64,000 bases of DNA from an uncultured Candidatus Saccharibacteria bacterium (lineage in GTDB: Bacteria > Patescibacteriota > Minisyncoccia > Ryanbacterales > 2-02-FULL-48-12), in NCBI GenBank assembly GCA_964479945.1, contig CAYZNS010000006.1, positions 1,107-65,106 on the forward strand. The letters run 5' to 3'. Positions 40,180 through 49,885 of the stretch are shown one piece after another (position 1 is the stretch's first letter; each line of letters opens with the position of its first letter). The position numbers and the translations under genes are program-made. Below the pieces are notes generated by a model. The model had not been told where the DNA came from and made no database searches. It was given only the letters and a program-made list of their open reading frames with translations.

Positions 40180-40278
40180 TGTCATTGCGAGGAGCGAAGC
40201 GACGTGGCAATCCCGTCATTTTCAAGCAACTCTCGGGATTGCTTCGTCCCGGTGTAACCGGGGGGACGAAGCAATGAC
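40180..40278. repeat. REP/RPE-like palindrome GTCATTGCGAGGAGCGAAGCGACG...GCAATGAC
   Basis: gtcattgc/gcaatgac ends; inner ccggtgtaaccgg hairpin. Confidence 0.8.
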
Positions 40279-40597
40279 AGAGTACCGAAACTTCTATTTC
40301 GTTTCCCTATAATTGTCTGGTTTGCAGCATCTTTTTCAGGTGATACAACACCCTTTCAATTGGTATTCCTTGATTTTTAGTCATCATTGACCCGCCCAAC
40401 ATAACAACGGATAGTTATTTCAGTTTTACCACTAATCCTTCATACGGATGAAGTTTTAGTTGGGTCGTCTGAATTTTTTCGCCGCCGCATTTGCCCAGGC
40501 GCGTATTACAAAAGAGTGTTCCTTCTACAGATATATTTGTTGTTTGTTCCAAGCTGGAAAAATATTGAGTATGCTACTATTTTTGTTTTCCATACTT

Positions 40598-43000
40598 TTA
40601 TACTTTATGCCCGCCGAATACGGCGCGGAGCGTTGAAAGAATTTTTCCGGTAAACGAAGGATTGTTTTTTGAACGCAATCGAAAAAGATATGAACCTTTT
40701 ATGATTGGTGCGGAAACGCCTAACTCCTTGGCGGTTTTCACCGTCCATGCGCCTTCACCTGTATGTGCTACTACACCAGATGCTTTTTTTAAATCCTCCC
40801 CGTATTCCTTAAAGCCTTCTTCGAGCCACCCCGTTAGACGCGAGGTAATAATACTATTCTGATTGTACACATTAGCGACATCTTTCAGGCGAAACTTAAT
40901 CGGAGATTTTTTTAGTATCGTAAATCCTTCCGCGAGCGACTGCATCATTCCATACTCAATGCCATTGTGAACCATTTTTGCAAAATGTCCGGCGCCGGAA
41001 CGCCCCATATATCCGGAAGGCGTATCGGACATCGCGTCAAAAATCGGCCTGCTTTTCTCGTATATTTCTTTTTCGCCACCGGCCATGATGGCAAATTTTC
41101 CGAGTTGAATAGAAACAGGCCCGCCGGAAACGCCGACATCAAGAAAATGTATTCCTTTCGCTTTGAGCTTTTTTGCGCGACGGACAGAATCCTTATAGAA
41201 AGAATTGCCTCCGTCAACGACGACATCTCCTCTGTCTAAGACGTATGCGAGGCCTCCTTCCCCAAAAATTACTTCATCCACGGGCTTACCGGCTGGAACC
41301 ATAAGCCATACGGCGCGCGGCGCGTGAATTTTGTCCACGAAATCTTTTAGGGAATATGCGCCGACAACGCCTTCTTTTTCAAGCGCTCTGGTGGGATCGG
41401 ACGTTTTGTTGAATCCAACGACTCTCCATTTTTTTGCGGCTAGACGCCGCGCAAGGTTCCCGCCCATTTTTCCCAAACCAATGATTCCGATTTCTCCGGC
41501 GCCGGTATCAGTTTTTTTATCTTTGGTATCTGTTCCTTCCCTCACAAAAGACGGACGTGGAATTGTGCCGGATTTGTATTCTATCAAAGGAACAAAATTG
41601 CGTTTCCAGCCATTAACAACCGGGTCAGTAAATTTCCATAAGGCCTCTACTTCTCTAGGCGAAACAAAGAAATCCTGCCTGCCCTCCATCGCCGCGAAAA
41701 GAATTTTCGCATATTCTTCCACGTATTGCGCTTTCGCTTCTTTTTCATACAAGAAGAACGAGAATGTTCTTTCTTCTACCACATGCTCAAATCCCGGCTT
41801 TTTCGTCCAGAAATGAATGATTATTTCATCGTTCGGTTCAAGGCGGAACACAATTTTATTCGGTTCATGAGGTCCGGTTTCGCAAAGATGGCAAACCTTT
41901 GGGTGCTTTAAGGTGAGCACTATTTCCTTTCGCGCCTCAGCCATTCGTTTGCCTGCCTCCATATATATCGGAATTCCTTTCCACCGCGCCTGAGCAAGCT
42001 CCGTTTGCAAGGCAAAATACGTTTCCGTCTGCGAATGCGCTTGTACGCCCTTAATGCTGTCATAGCCCGCGTACCGGGCACGATAGGTTCTGTCCTTAAG
42101 AAGCGCGTCATTCCACGGCGCGAGAGATTCAAGAATCACCGCGCGATTCTCTCGTACCGCATCCCCTCCTCCATTGGGATAGTCCATGGTTAATAGAGAA
42201 AGCATTGAAGGAATGTGATTTTGTCCGACGTCGCGCAGCGCTCCGACTGCGTCATAAAAACTCCCCCGATCTTCCACGCCAATCGTCTCGTGCAGGCGGA
42301 TGTCAATGCGGTCAATAGTGGCGTTGTCCCACGTATTTTCGAAAAGATTATTGGAAAATCTGAAATTCTCCATCCCTTGAACAATCTCCTTAAAAAGATA
42401 GTGGTCAATGCGGTATAGCTGTTCTTCTTTGAAATAAAAGGAAAGCAGCACCTGGAGTTTCCGCGCGCTTTCTAAATCCGTGCCAAAAGGTTTTTCAATA
42501 AGCATGCGGCTCCATCCAAGATTTCCCCCGCACGGCAGATTCAGTTTTACCGCCGCAAGGTTTTTAAAGATATCCCCATATGCCGCAGGCGGCACGGCCA
42601 GATAAAAAAGCTTGTTTGCGCAAACGCCCCAAGAACTCTCCATCTTGGTGATTTTTTCTGTAAGCGCGGAAAAGGATTCTTTATTTTCAAATGTTCCCGC
42701 GTGATATGAAAAATGCTCAAAAAAACGAGAAAAATCGCTTTCATTTATCCTGTCGCCGCCGCGCTTATCCACGGAGTCGCGCAGCAGTTTTTTGAACTGT
42801 TCAAGAGAAAGGTCACTCCGCGAAAAGCCGATAACCGAAAAGCGGTCGGGTAGGCGCTTTTGCTGGAACAGGCGCCAAAGCGACGGAAAAATCTTTTTTG
42901 CCGCCAAATCACCGGTTGCCCCTAAAATGACAAGAATGGAGGGTGTATGTACCCCATTAGAAGTTCGCTTTGTAGAATTGTATTCATTATTTTTTGTCAT
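40598..43000 (-). CDS. zwf: Glucose-6-phosphate dehydrogenase fused to short-type 6-phosphogluconate dehydrogenase
   Basis: GATGDLA, IEKPFG, RIDHY, DVGQNH; then IGLGKMG, DGGNS, SGG, KMVHNGIEYG, FGGH. Confidence 0.93.
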   Translation of the reverse strand: MTKNNEYNSTKRTSNGVHTPSILVILGATGDLAAKKIFPSLWRLFQQKRLPDRFSVIGFSRSDLSLEQFKKLLRDSVDKRGGDRINESDFSRFFEHFSYHAGTFENKESFSALTEKITKMESSWGVCANKLFYLAVPPAAYGDIFKNLAAVKLNLPCGGNLGWSRMLIEKPFGTDLESARKLQVLLSFYFKEEQLYRIDHYLFKEIVQGMENFRFSNNLFENTWDNATIDRIDIRLHETIGVEDRGSFYDAVGALRDVGQNHIPSMLSLLTMDYPNGGGDAVRENRAVILESLAPWNDALLKDRTYRARYAGYDSIKGVQAHSQTETYFALQTELAQARWKGIPIYMEAGKRMAEARKEIVLTLKHPKVCHLCETGPHEPNKIVFRLEPNDEIIIHFWTKKPGFEHVVEERTFSFFLYEKEAKAQYVEEYAKILFAAMEGRQDFFVSPREVEALWKFTDPVVNGWKRNFVPLIEYKSGTIPRPSFVREGTDTKDKKTDTGAGEIGIIGLGKMGGNLARRLAAKKWRVVGFNKTSDPTRALEKEGVVGAYSLKDFVDKIHAPRAVWLMVPAGKPVDEVIFGEGGLAYVLDRGDVVVDGGNSFYKDSVRRAKKLKAKGIHFLDVGVSGGPVSIQLGKFAIMAGGEKEIYEKSRPIFDAMSDTPSGYMGRSGAGHFAKMVHNGIEYGMMQSLAEGFTILKKSPIKFRLKDVANVYNQNSIITSRLTGWLEEGFKEYGEDLKKASGVVAHTGEGAWTVKTAKELGVSAPIIKGSYLFRLRSKNNPSFTGKILSTLRAVFGGHKV

Positions 43001-43160
43001 AGTTTGGTTTCAGGACAGACGCCCTATTTAACCAAGCTTCTAACAGGGTTCGTAAACTTATGTATGTACGCGTCGCTTTGCTCAATCGCTTTTAACAGCT
43101 AATCCTGAAGATTCTATCTGTGTTACTATAGTTAAATGAATTACCAAACTGCCCCAAGAG

Positions 43161-43373
43161 CAAATGGCAACTGGACAAATGGCAACTGGACAAATGGCAA
43201 ATAGCAAATGGGGTCAGTCCCTTTTTTTAAATAAATATCAACATGTGGCCTTTACTTTTAAGGTTAGCATGCGTGTGCCTTTATGAGAATGCGGAATTAT
43301 TAATAAAGCTCTGCAACAGAATTAATGGGGACTGACCCCATTTTCCATTTTCATTTTCATTTTCCATTTTCCC
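43161..43373. repeat. Inverted repeat AAATGGGGTCAGTCCC/GGGACTGACCCCATTT with stuttered flanks
   Basis: Arms at 43206-43221 and 43328-43343; caaatggcaa reiterations on the left, cattttc on the right. Confidence 0.85.
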
Positions 43374-43448
43374 AAAAAAAGCGGCTTTTTTGCAAGAGCT
43401 TCCATGTATTTATTTGCCTCAACGAATACATATGATATTCTATACTAC

Positions 43449-44312
43449 ATGAAGCATGCCTCCCAAGAACAATTCGGACCATACACCGCGACGGAAGAAA
43501 ACATGGAAGAACCCTCGAGGCACCAAGGTGTAGAACTCTTAAAACAAACGCCTCCCGGCAATATACCCGGAAGAAAATATGAACGTAGCGATAAAACTCA
43601 TATTCCGATTGATGAAATTGTAACCGCACTCAACAGCGGACCAGACGCGCTTGATCACTCGCTTAGCAAGGCAAGCCATGAGTTTCGGGAAAAAATATCA
43701 TCCACACGCTGGGGTAACAAAGTTTTCCGCTTTTTTGAAAAATGCGCCACCGCCGAAAACCCCGACTGGCCCGTCTACACATTTCAAATTCAACGTGACA
43801 TAAACCAATTAGACAACACCGTAAAAAATCGATTTTCAAGTGTTTTGGCTGAATGGCACGCAGCACAGCTTCTAGAAAGACTGGATAAAAACGTGCAAAG
43901 CGCGCAAGCTCATTATGCGCTTGACGCCGGCGCAGGGGTAGATCTTTTGTTCTACATTCCTGAAGAAAACTCGGAGGGATCTTTTTTTGCAGTCCAGGTG
44001 AAAAAAGATACAACAAGATTAACCCCGAAAGTTGAAAGCATAGAAGAAGCAATCAGCGCTGAAGCTGATGACAGAGTACGGAAGGGATTTGAAAACTGCC
44101 GCATGGCAGCAATCCAAATGGGCAAACAGGCTTCAAAAAAATATATTCCTCTTGTTATGCGCGTACCCACGTACGATAAATTACTTGAACAAAAACTTGT
44201 TGACAACCGAACACTTGCATTTACTAACACACCCGGTGTTGACAAATGGAATGCTGAAATGATATCGTATTTTAGAAATAAAAAATACAAAAAGGAAACG
44301 TATGGAAAATAA
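43449..44312 (+). CDS. Hypothetical protein, possible PD-(D/E)XK nuclease fold
   Basis: AEW...GVDLLF...AVQVK pattern; start codon uncertain. Confidence 0.6.
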   Translation: MKHASQEQFGPYTATEENMEEPSRHQGVELLKQTPPGNIPGRKYERSDKTHIPIDEIVTALNSGPDALDHSLSKASHEFREKISSTRWGNKVFRFFEKCATAENPDWPVYTFQIQRDINQLDNTVKNRFSSVLAEWHAAQLLERLDKNVQSAQAHYALDAGAGVDLLFYIPEENSEGSFFAVQVKKDTTRLTPKVESIEEAISAEADDRVRKGFENCRMAAIQMGKQASKKYIPLVMRVPTYDKLLEQKLVDNRTLAFTNTPGVDKWNAEMISYFRNKKYKKETYGK

Positions 44313-44454
44313 CAAAAGCAAAAAAAGGACGGCCGAAGAACTCTTTGCGCCTTATGCTGACGACAGCGAGAAAATGACTGCAGAAGAAGTGGAGAAATTC
44401 ATGAAAGAGTGGCCGCAGATTATCGAAGAATTAGAAAAAGGTGCGAAAGAATAA
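44302..44454 (+). CDS. Small acidic protein (50 aa)
   Basis: MENNKSKKRTAEELFAPYADDSEKMTAEEVEKFMKEWPQIIEELEKGAKE; SD aagga; overlaps the upstream stop. Confidence 0.6.
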   Translation: MENNKSKKRTAEELFAPYADDSEKMTAEEVEKFMKEWPQIIEELEKGAKE

Positions 44455-44538
44455 TCCACCTCCATTCTTCTACCTTCCACAAAAAAACGAAGGCCCGTAG
44501 ATATGCAGGCCTTTTTCTTTTTTACTCAAAAAAAACAG

Positions 44539-45576
44539 CTACCCGAACGTAAACGTGAATACGCGCAAGCCCGCGCTTTTAATTTTAAGCTCCAACACAT
44601 GTTCTCCGGAATCCAACCCTTCAATTACCGTATATAAGCCCTCTTCTAAAATCGTAATATCTTTAACTTTGACATTATTATCCATGAAGATTTCCACATC
44701 AACCGGCGTGTCCGATCCGGCAACCATATAGACATCTTTTGCCCGATACTTAAAAATGATCCCGCTTTCTTTTTTACTCTCGGCATATTCTTCATGTATT
44801 GCCCATAGCCCAGCCAAATATAATGTATTGAGTTGAATACTTTTCGGCGCAATAAATGTTTGTTCTCCGCGCGATAAGGATTTCCCATTACCCAGATATT
44901 CGTTTCGATGCGCCCCAAAATATATTTCCGGACTTGCAGGCGCTTTTGGCGTCTCCGGCATGCGGGAGGCAACAAGCGAACCGTCCCTTTGCGAGCTTGC
45001 CTCGCCCAATACACGCGCACGATCTTCCAAGAGTTCACGTATTTTCATTTCCGTTTCTTGATACGCTCCTTCTCCAATGTGGTCATAGACAATAACACCA
45101 TGTATATCTATGAGATACTTTCGGGGCCAAAAACGGTTGCCGTACGCCCGCCATGTTGCATAATCGTTATCAAGAACAATCGGATGCATAATCCCATAGC
45201 GCCTCATCGCTTTCTGCACGTTGCCGATATCTTTCTCGAACGCAAACTCCGGCGTATGTATGCCGATTATTTCAAGCCCCTGATCACGGTACGCCTCATA
45301 CCAAGCGTTCAAATATGGAAACGTGCGCTGGCAATTGATGCAGCTATAGGTAAGAAAATCCACCAGTATCACTTTTTTTCCAACAAGTTCGCCAATGGTA
45401 ATGGGAGGAGTGTTTACGAAACCTGATGGATTTACAATTTCTTTGTACGGCTCTCCGCTGGTTTCATCTGCCGTTTCCCGGCCGATCATGGAAGTACCGG
45501 GGGAAAAGAAAAGAAACGCAAGTCCTATACCTACAAGCCCCAATACTATACTTCCAATGATATATTCCGTTCTCAT
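44539..45576 (-). CDS. DipZ-like redoxin
   Basis: TYSCINC, IHTPEFAFEK, WPRKY, GEGAY, C-terminal FTFG. Confidence 0.9.
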   Translation of the reverse strand: MRTEYIIGSIVLGLVGIGLAFLFFSPGTSMIGRETADETSGEPYKEIVNPSGFVNTPPITIGELVGKKVILVDFLTYSCINCQRTFPYLNAWYEAYRDQGLEIIGIHTPEFAFEKDIGNVQKAMRRYGIMHPIVLDNDYATWRAYGNRFWPRKYLIDIHGVIVYDHIGEGAYQETEMKIRELLEDRARVLGEASSQRDGSLVASRMPETPKAPASPEIYFGAHRNEYLGNGKSLSRGEQTFIAPKSIQLNTLYLAGLWAIHEEYAESKKESGIIFKYRAKDVYMVAGSDTPVDVEIFMDNNVKVKDITILEEGLYTVIEGLDSGEHVLELKIKSAGLRVFTFTFG

Positions 45577-45579
45577 GTT

Positions 45580-46305
45580 TTATTCAACTTTTTGCAATAG
45601 AAACAGCTCAATTTTTGTAATATCAAAGTATCCGCTCTCAAGAATGGCGGTTTCGAGTTTTTTCTCGTATCCGGTAGCGACAAATAATCCAAGTACAATG
45701 AACAAGGCGCCAATGCCGCGCTTCAGATAACTGTGCGGATCAGAAACATGCGCTAATTTGTTGGCAAACCGCTGACCGAGAAGCGCGATGAGAAGAAGCA
45801 TCAGCGAAAGGCCCAAAACATAAGCAAGAATATACGCCGTCCCCAATGCAAACGATACGGGAAGTACGGATGCCAGAATAACAAAATATGTCGGCGAGCA
45901 TGTGGAAAACACGGGACCGAGTGCCGCACCTATGAGTATATCGCCAAAAAAACTTTTTCGCTGATATCCTGCGCCGATCAGTTGGTTAGACTGAATGGAT
46001 ACCTTAGAGAGGCCGGGTAATTTTTCCCACAAGATCGGAAACAAAAGCGTGAGGCCGAAAAGAACAAGAATGCCGCCGGAAAGATACATCCAAAATTCCG
46101 GCGGCACCATAATAAGCGCCGCGGATGCCTTAAGAATGTAGGTAAATAAAATAACGGAGAGCGCCAACGACCCCACCACCACATAGGGTGTGTAACGGCT
46201 TCTGCCGGAAGCAGCAGACCCGACAACCACCGGAAGCAGAGGCAGAATGCACGGGGCAAGCACCGTCAATACGCCAGCAATAAATGAAACAATGAGGAGC
46301 GCCAT
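45580..46305 (-). CDS. ccdA: CcdA/DsbD-type transmembrane thiol-disulfide transporter
   Basis: LAPCILPLLP and FSTCSP, six TM segments. Confidence 0.88.
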   Translation of the reverse strand: MALLIVSFIAGVLTVLAPCILPLLPVVVGSAASGRSRYTPYVVVGSLALSVILFTYILKASAALIMVPPEFWMYLSGGILVLFGLTLLFPILWEKLPGLSKVSIQSNQLIGAGYQRKSFFGDILIGAALGPVFSTCSPTYFVILASVLPVSFALGTAYILAYVLGLSLMLLLIALLGQRFANKLAHVSDPHSYLKRGIGALFIVLGLFVATGYEKKLETAILESGYFDITKIELFLLQKVE

Positions 46306-46306
46306 G

Positions 46307-46843
46307 TTATTGAATATGCGCTATCACATCGCCCAGCGTCGGGGAACTCGACCACTTGGTAATCAAACTGCCGTCGGTATTCACCTGCACAAGCGTGTGC
46401 TGATACGTAACGCCGTATTTCTGCTTTAAAACCGTTGAAGCATCATAATCAACATTCAGTATAGTAACGCCGGCGGGAATGGCATCAAGATTAGCGCGTA
46501 TATTCGCATCCAGCGCGCGGCAGGTAGGACACCACGAAGCGCGGAAAAAGAGCACTACACTGCCATTTTCCGCGCGCGCCAATTTTTCCGCGCTGTATGC
46601 CTCATACGATCCTTTTTGCATCATGGAATCCTCGTTTTCCATCATCATGCCGTCTTCTTTCTTTTCCATCATTGCGCCGTCTTCCCGCATCATGGCGCTG
46701 TCGTCTTTTTCCATCATCGTCTCATCGCCGGAATTCATCATTTCCCCCTCTTTCAAGTCATCTGATGGAGTTTCTTGATTTGAAAGCGCAAACCAACCCG
46801 CCGCAACAATAACTATAAGCCCTATAATTAAAAACTTTATCAT
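46307..46843 (-). CDS. Exported thioredoxin with a Met-rich linker
   Basis: N-terminal TM, MMEKDD repeats, ASWCPTC. Confidence 0.9.
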   Translation of the reverse strand: MIKFLIIGLIVIVAAGWFALSNQETPSDDLKEGEMMNSGDETMMEKDDSAMMREDGAMMEKKEDGMMMENEDSMMQKGSYEAYSAEKLARAENGSVVLFFRASWCPTCRALDANIRANLDAIPAGVTILNVDYDASTVLKQKYGVTYQHTLVQVNTDGSLITKWSSSPTLGDVIAHIQ

Positions 46844-47106
46844 AATGATATTTCGTATTGCTTATAACTTTTTTATAACCGCATCTACAATGTCAACTAT
46901 ACTTTACAATATGCTAAAGCAAAATACGAATGCAAAAAGAAAAAGAGCTGGTTAGGCTCTTTATTGTTATAAAAAACATCGGGTGCGCAATCCCAACCAG
47001 AAGCATCTAGAATTCCGGTTGGGTTCACATGCTTTTTCAGTGCCCATGCGTTATAACACGTTCAACTGCATGCGAGGCAATTGCGCTTCACCTCATAACT
47101 CTCAAC

Positions 47107-47218
47107 AATCTCCCACCAAAATCTTCCGTTCTATTTGTGCAACACCGAGTGTTGCACTGTCAAACACTTAGTGTTTGACAGTGTTTGACAAGATCAAAAA
47201 CTTTGATGAGAATTCTTT
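47107..47218. repeat. Spacer hairpin family B, copy 1
   Basis: ctcccaccaaaatcttc...[two inner palindromes]...aaaactttgatgagaa. Confidence 0.7.
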
Positions 47219-47256
47219 CTCTTGTATAGCACTGCAAACCGTGATATCCTGCGCAC

Positions 47257-47433
47257 ATGCCAACAGTTTCAACAAAAACAAAAAACGTACGGACACCACA
47301 GCCCTTAAAAATGCCAAAGCAGCAATTACCGGAAAGCATGTTAAAAGCGGCAGGTCTTTTACGAAACAAACGAAAAGCGCTTGAACGCCATCTTCAAATA
47401 GTCCGCAAAGAATGGAGTCGCAGTTCCAAGTAA
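47257..47433 (+). CDS. VapB-like antitoxin (58 aa, not in the ORF track)
   Basis: MPTVSTK...KAAGLLRNKRKALERHLQIVRKEW; stop is 1 nt before the PIN ATG. Confidence 0.7.
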   Translation: MPTVSTKTKNVRTPQPLKMPKQQLPESMLKAAGLLRNKRKALERHLQIVRKEWSRSSK

Positions 47434-47434
47434 T

Positions 47435-47806
47435 ATGACAATAGATGCCAATATTGTCATTGCATACCTCGCGGGTGAGCAGTCTGTTACACAAACCATT
47501 ATTTCTTGGCGTACACAAAACACGCCGCTTTTTCTATCTTCTGTAGCAGAATCAGAAGTGTTATCGTTTTCCAAATGGACGGATGAAGAACTTCTTCTTA
47601 CCGAACAATTTCTGCAAGAAAATTTTACAACCATACCCTTTGATAGAACTCTTGCAAGATTTGCCGCCGAAATTCGGCGTACCACAAGAATGAAATTTCC
47701 AGATGCCGCAATCGCAGCAACTGCTGTTTTTACTCACTCTGCCGTTGTTACAAGAAATGTCCGAGACTTCAAACGTATTCAAGGACTTCAAGTTATAACC
47801 ATTTAA
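47435..47806 (+). CDS. VapC PIN-domain toxin
   Basis: IDANIVI, SEVL, PDAAIAATA, TRNVRDF. Confidence 0.92.
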   Translation: MTIDANIVIAYLAGEQSVTQTIISWRTQNTPLFLSSVAESEVLSFSKWTDEELLLTEQFLQENFTTIPFDRTLARFAAEIRRTTRMKFPDAAIAATAVFTHSAVVTRNVRDFKRIQGLQVITI

Positions 47807-47808
47807 AA

Positions 47809-47902
47809 GAACTCCCACCAAAATCTTCGCCTCACAAATTGTTCAAAGCTTAGCTTTGAACAATCGAAAACTTTGGTAGGAGTCCGATTATAGTAATCGG
47901 AC
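47809..47902. repeat. Spacer hairpin family B, copy 2
   Basis: gaactcccaccaaaatcttc...attgttcaaagcttagctttgaacaat-cgaaaactttggtaggagtccgatt...aatcggac. Confidence 0.85.
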
Positions 47903-47954
47903 ACAATTGATCCCGACATTTTTTAACGCGGTTGCCGGTTTCCGCGGTTAAAAG

Positions 47955-48242
47955 TTAATCTCGTTCTAGGAACATTTCATTCTCTAGCTTTGCCCAGAAT
48001 TCCCGCACCTCATCCTCGGAGATGCTTTTCGCACGTCTTACAATCAACCTCCTTTCTTGCACAGTTAATCCTTCCGGGTAGATCCGCATAGCATGCAGAC
48101 CATACCACGGGCCAAACCCCTTCACCTCTATCCCCAGCTTTTCCGCCGCTAACAAACATGCCCCCACCTCTCTCCGGTTCCGCACCCCATCCTCTCCCTC
48201 ATTGTAGGACCGCTTATCGAACACATCATCGGTAATTTTCAT
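47955..48242 (-). CDS. Hypothetical protein
   Basis: SD aggagg before ATG, MKITDD. Confidence 0.7.
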   Translation of the reverse strand: MKITDDVFDKRSYNEGEDGVRNRREVGACLLAAEKLGIEVKGFGPWYGLHAMRIYPEGLTVQERRLIVRRAKSISEDEVREFWAKLENEMFLERD

Positions 48243-48313
48243 ATCTCCTCCTTCTTTTCTAGTTAGGAATTTGGATACAACGAGCACATAAATACTCGTC
48301 ATTAAACCACCAA

Positions 48314-48859
48314 TCATTCCTCCTTTGCTTTTCTGTTGGCTAACCAGCGTTTTGTCGCCTCCTTCGCTTTTACCTTGTTTTCAGGCTTCGCATGCCACCG
48401 AGCACTTCTGCGTTTCTGGCTCTCCTTCGCCCGCACCTCCCTACACATATCACAGAATTTGCGAGTGGAAGGAACGAGATTCAAGCAAGAAGTAGTGCCA
48501 CAACGACGGAGCACCGGTGGCGGAAGCGGAGGCTGTTCGTTCACCAATTCTCTCCAAATTTTTTTGAAGCCGCGGGCACGCAATGTTTCTAACGCGGCGT
48601 TGGAAATATCTTGTTGAAAATCAATCGGATTTTCCCGGTAGTGGGCGATAACCCACTTGCAGTTACCGGGGTACCGACGACCCGCCGCTTCCACTGCGCG
48701 CCGCCATGAACCAAAAACGCGATGCGCCGCCATTACCACCACATCCCCCAAATGCCTGCGTGCTTCCGTGTAGCGAAGATGCGCATCGGGGATAGACTGT
48801 ATGAACCGAACAACCGTCTGTTCATTCCATCCTTCGAGGGGAACAATCTTTCTTTTCAT
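48314..48859 (-). CDS. Protein with a homing-endonuclease-associated repeat and a C-terminal Cys4 finger
   Basis: AAHRVFGSWRRAVEAAG; CGTTSC...FCDMC; basic tail; SD aggag. Confidence 0.7.
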   Translation of the reverse strand: MKRKIVPLEGWNEQTVVRFIQSIPDAHLRYTEARRHLGDVVVMAAHRVFGSWRRAVEAAGRRYPGNCKWVIAHYRENPIDFQQDISNAALETLRARGFKKIWRELVNEQPPLPPPVLRRCGTTSCLNLVPSTRKFCDMCREVRAKESQKRRSARWHAKPENKVKAKEATKRWLANRKAKEE

Positions 48860-48931
48860 TTCAGAACTCTCCTTTCTTCAAAAAAGAAATCTGGGCTTCG
48901 GTGGGCTTCGTTCCTGACATACTTTCTCTCC

Positions 48932-49360
48932 TTAACTTCTTTTCGCTGGCGTAAGAGATTCGCCGACATCACTTGTTGGGTCCGGGTTGTTCCAGACTTT
49001 CTCCATGAAGCCGAAATGAACAGTCTTGGGATTACGTCGTGAATCTAAACAGTCAGTGGTTGGATACATGTAGACATGGTATACGGCCGAAAGTCCGAAT
49101 ATGCCGTCTTGCCGCTTTTGAGGGTGGTTTTCAAAGAAACCAAAGCTGCACCCTTTGAGAGCTACATCCATGCAATGAGATAATCGGGCTACCACATATA
49201 CGAAGCCGTCCACATGACTGCGGATATACTCCGCAAGACCACCACCTGAAAACTCAACGGGATCCTTCACTACATCCACATTCTCGCCGTGAAGTGTGCG
49301 GATTGCTGTCTGCTGCGCAGACGACAAATCATGTCGAGAAATCCAATAAACTTTTGCCAT
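48932..49360 (-). CDS. Hypothetical protein (WISRH motif)
   Basis: SD ggaggtga; 142-aa ORF. Confidence 0.75.
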   Translation of the reverse strand: MAKVYWISRHDLSSAQQTAIRTLHGENVDVVKDPVEFSGGGLAEYIRSHVDGFVYVVARLSHCMDVALKGCSFGFFENHPQKRQDGIFGLSAVYHVYMYPTTDCLDSRRNPKTVHFGFMEKVWNNPDPTSDVGESLTPAKRS

Positions 49361-49738
49361 GCTTCACCTCCGTGCTTTATAAATTTGTAAAATTTTAAAG
49401 GTACAACTTCCATTCGAAGCTACTGCGCGTCGTGCCGTAATAGCTTCGAAAAGAAGGGCGAAGGGTTTTGCGCCTTCGCCACAGTAAGGCGGGAATTATC
49501 CTCCTTCACTGGACTCGTGATTGGCTTCCCGCGCGCTTTATGCGCACCAACCACGCGTTCCTGCCTCCTAAAACAGAAACACCAGTTCCCTCTTATAACC
49601 GACCCTAAATTGATCGGCGAGGTTTCCCGGATAGTACGCTGGGAGGAGCGTCGCTCACCGCACGATGTACGGCGTCCGGGAACTCTTGCGTGCTACAAAG
49701 TGTAGCTAAACACAAGAGTGGAGGATAAAATTTTGGGA

Positions 49739-49837
49739 AAGAACTCCCGCCAAAACTCTCGATATGCATTGTTCGAAACTCGGTTTCGAACAATCGAAAA
49801 CTTTGGTAGGAGTCCGATTCTTGGGTTGAATCGGACT
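49739..49837. repeat. Spacer hairpin family B, copy 3
   Basis: gaactcccgccaaaactctc...attgttcgaaactcggtttcgaacaat-cgaaaactttggtaggagtccgatt...aatcggac. Confidence 0.85.
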
Positions 49838-49885
49838 GGTTTGGTGGGTCCGGCAGGGAGGCAACTGCCAGACCCGGTTAGGAGG

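Noticed and set aside
46610-46745. DNA repeat element in the thioredoxin gene
   Set aside because: It is a codon-periodic Met/Glu/Asp linker, so a protein-level repeat.
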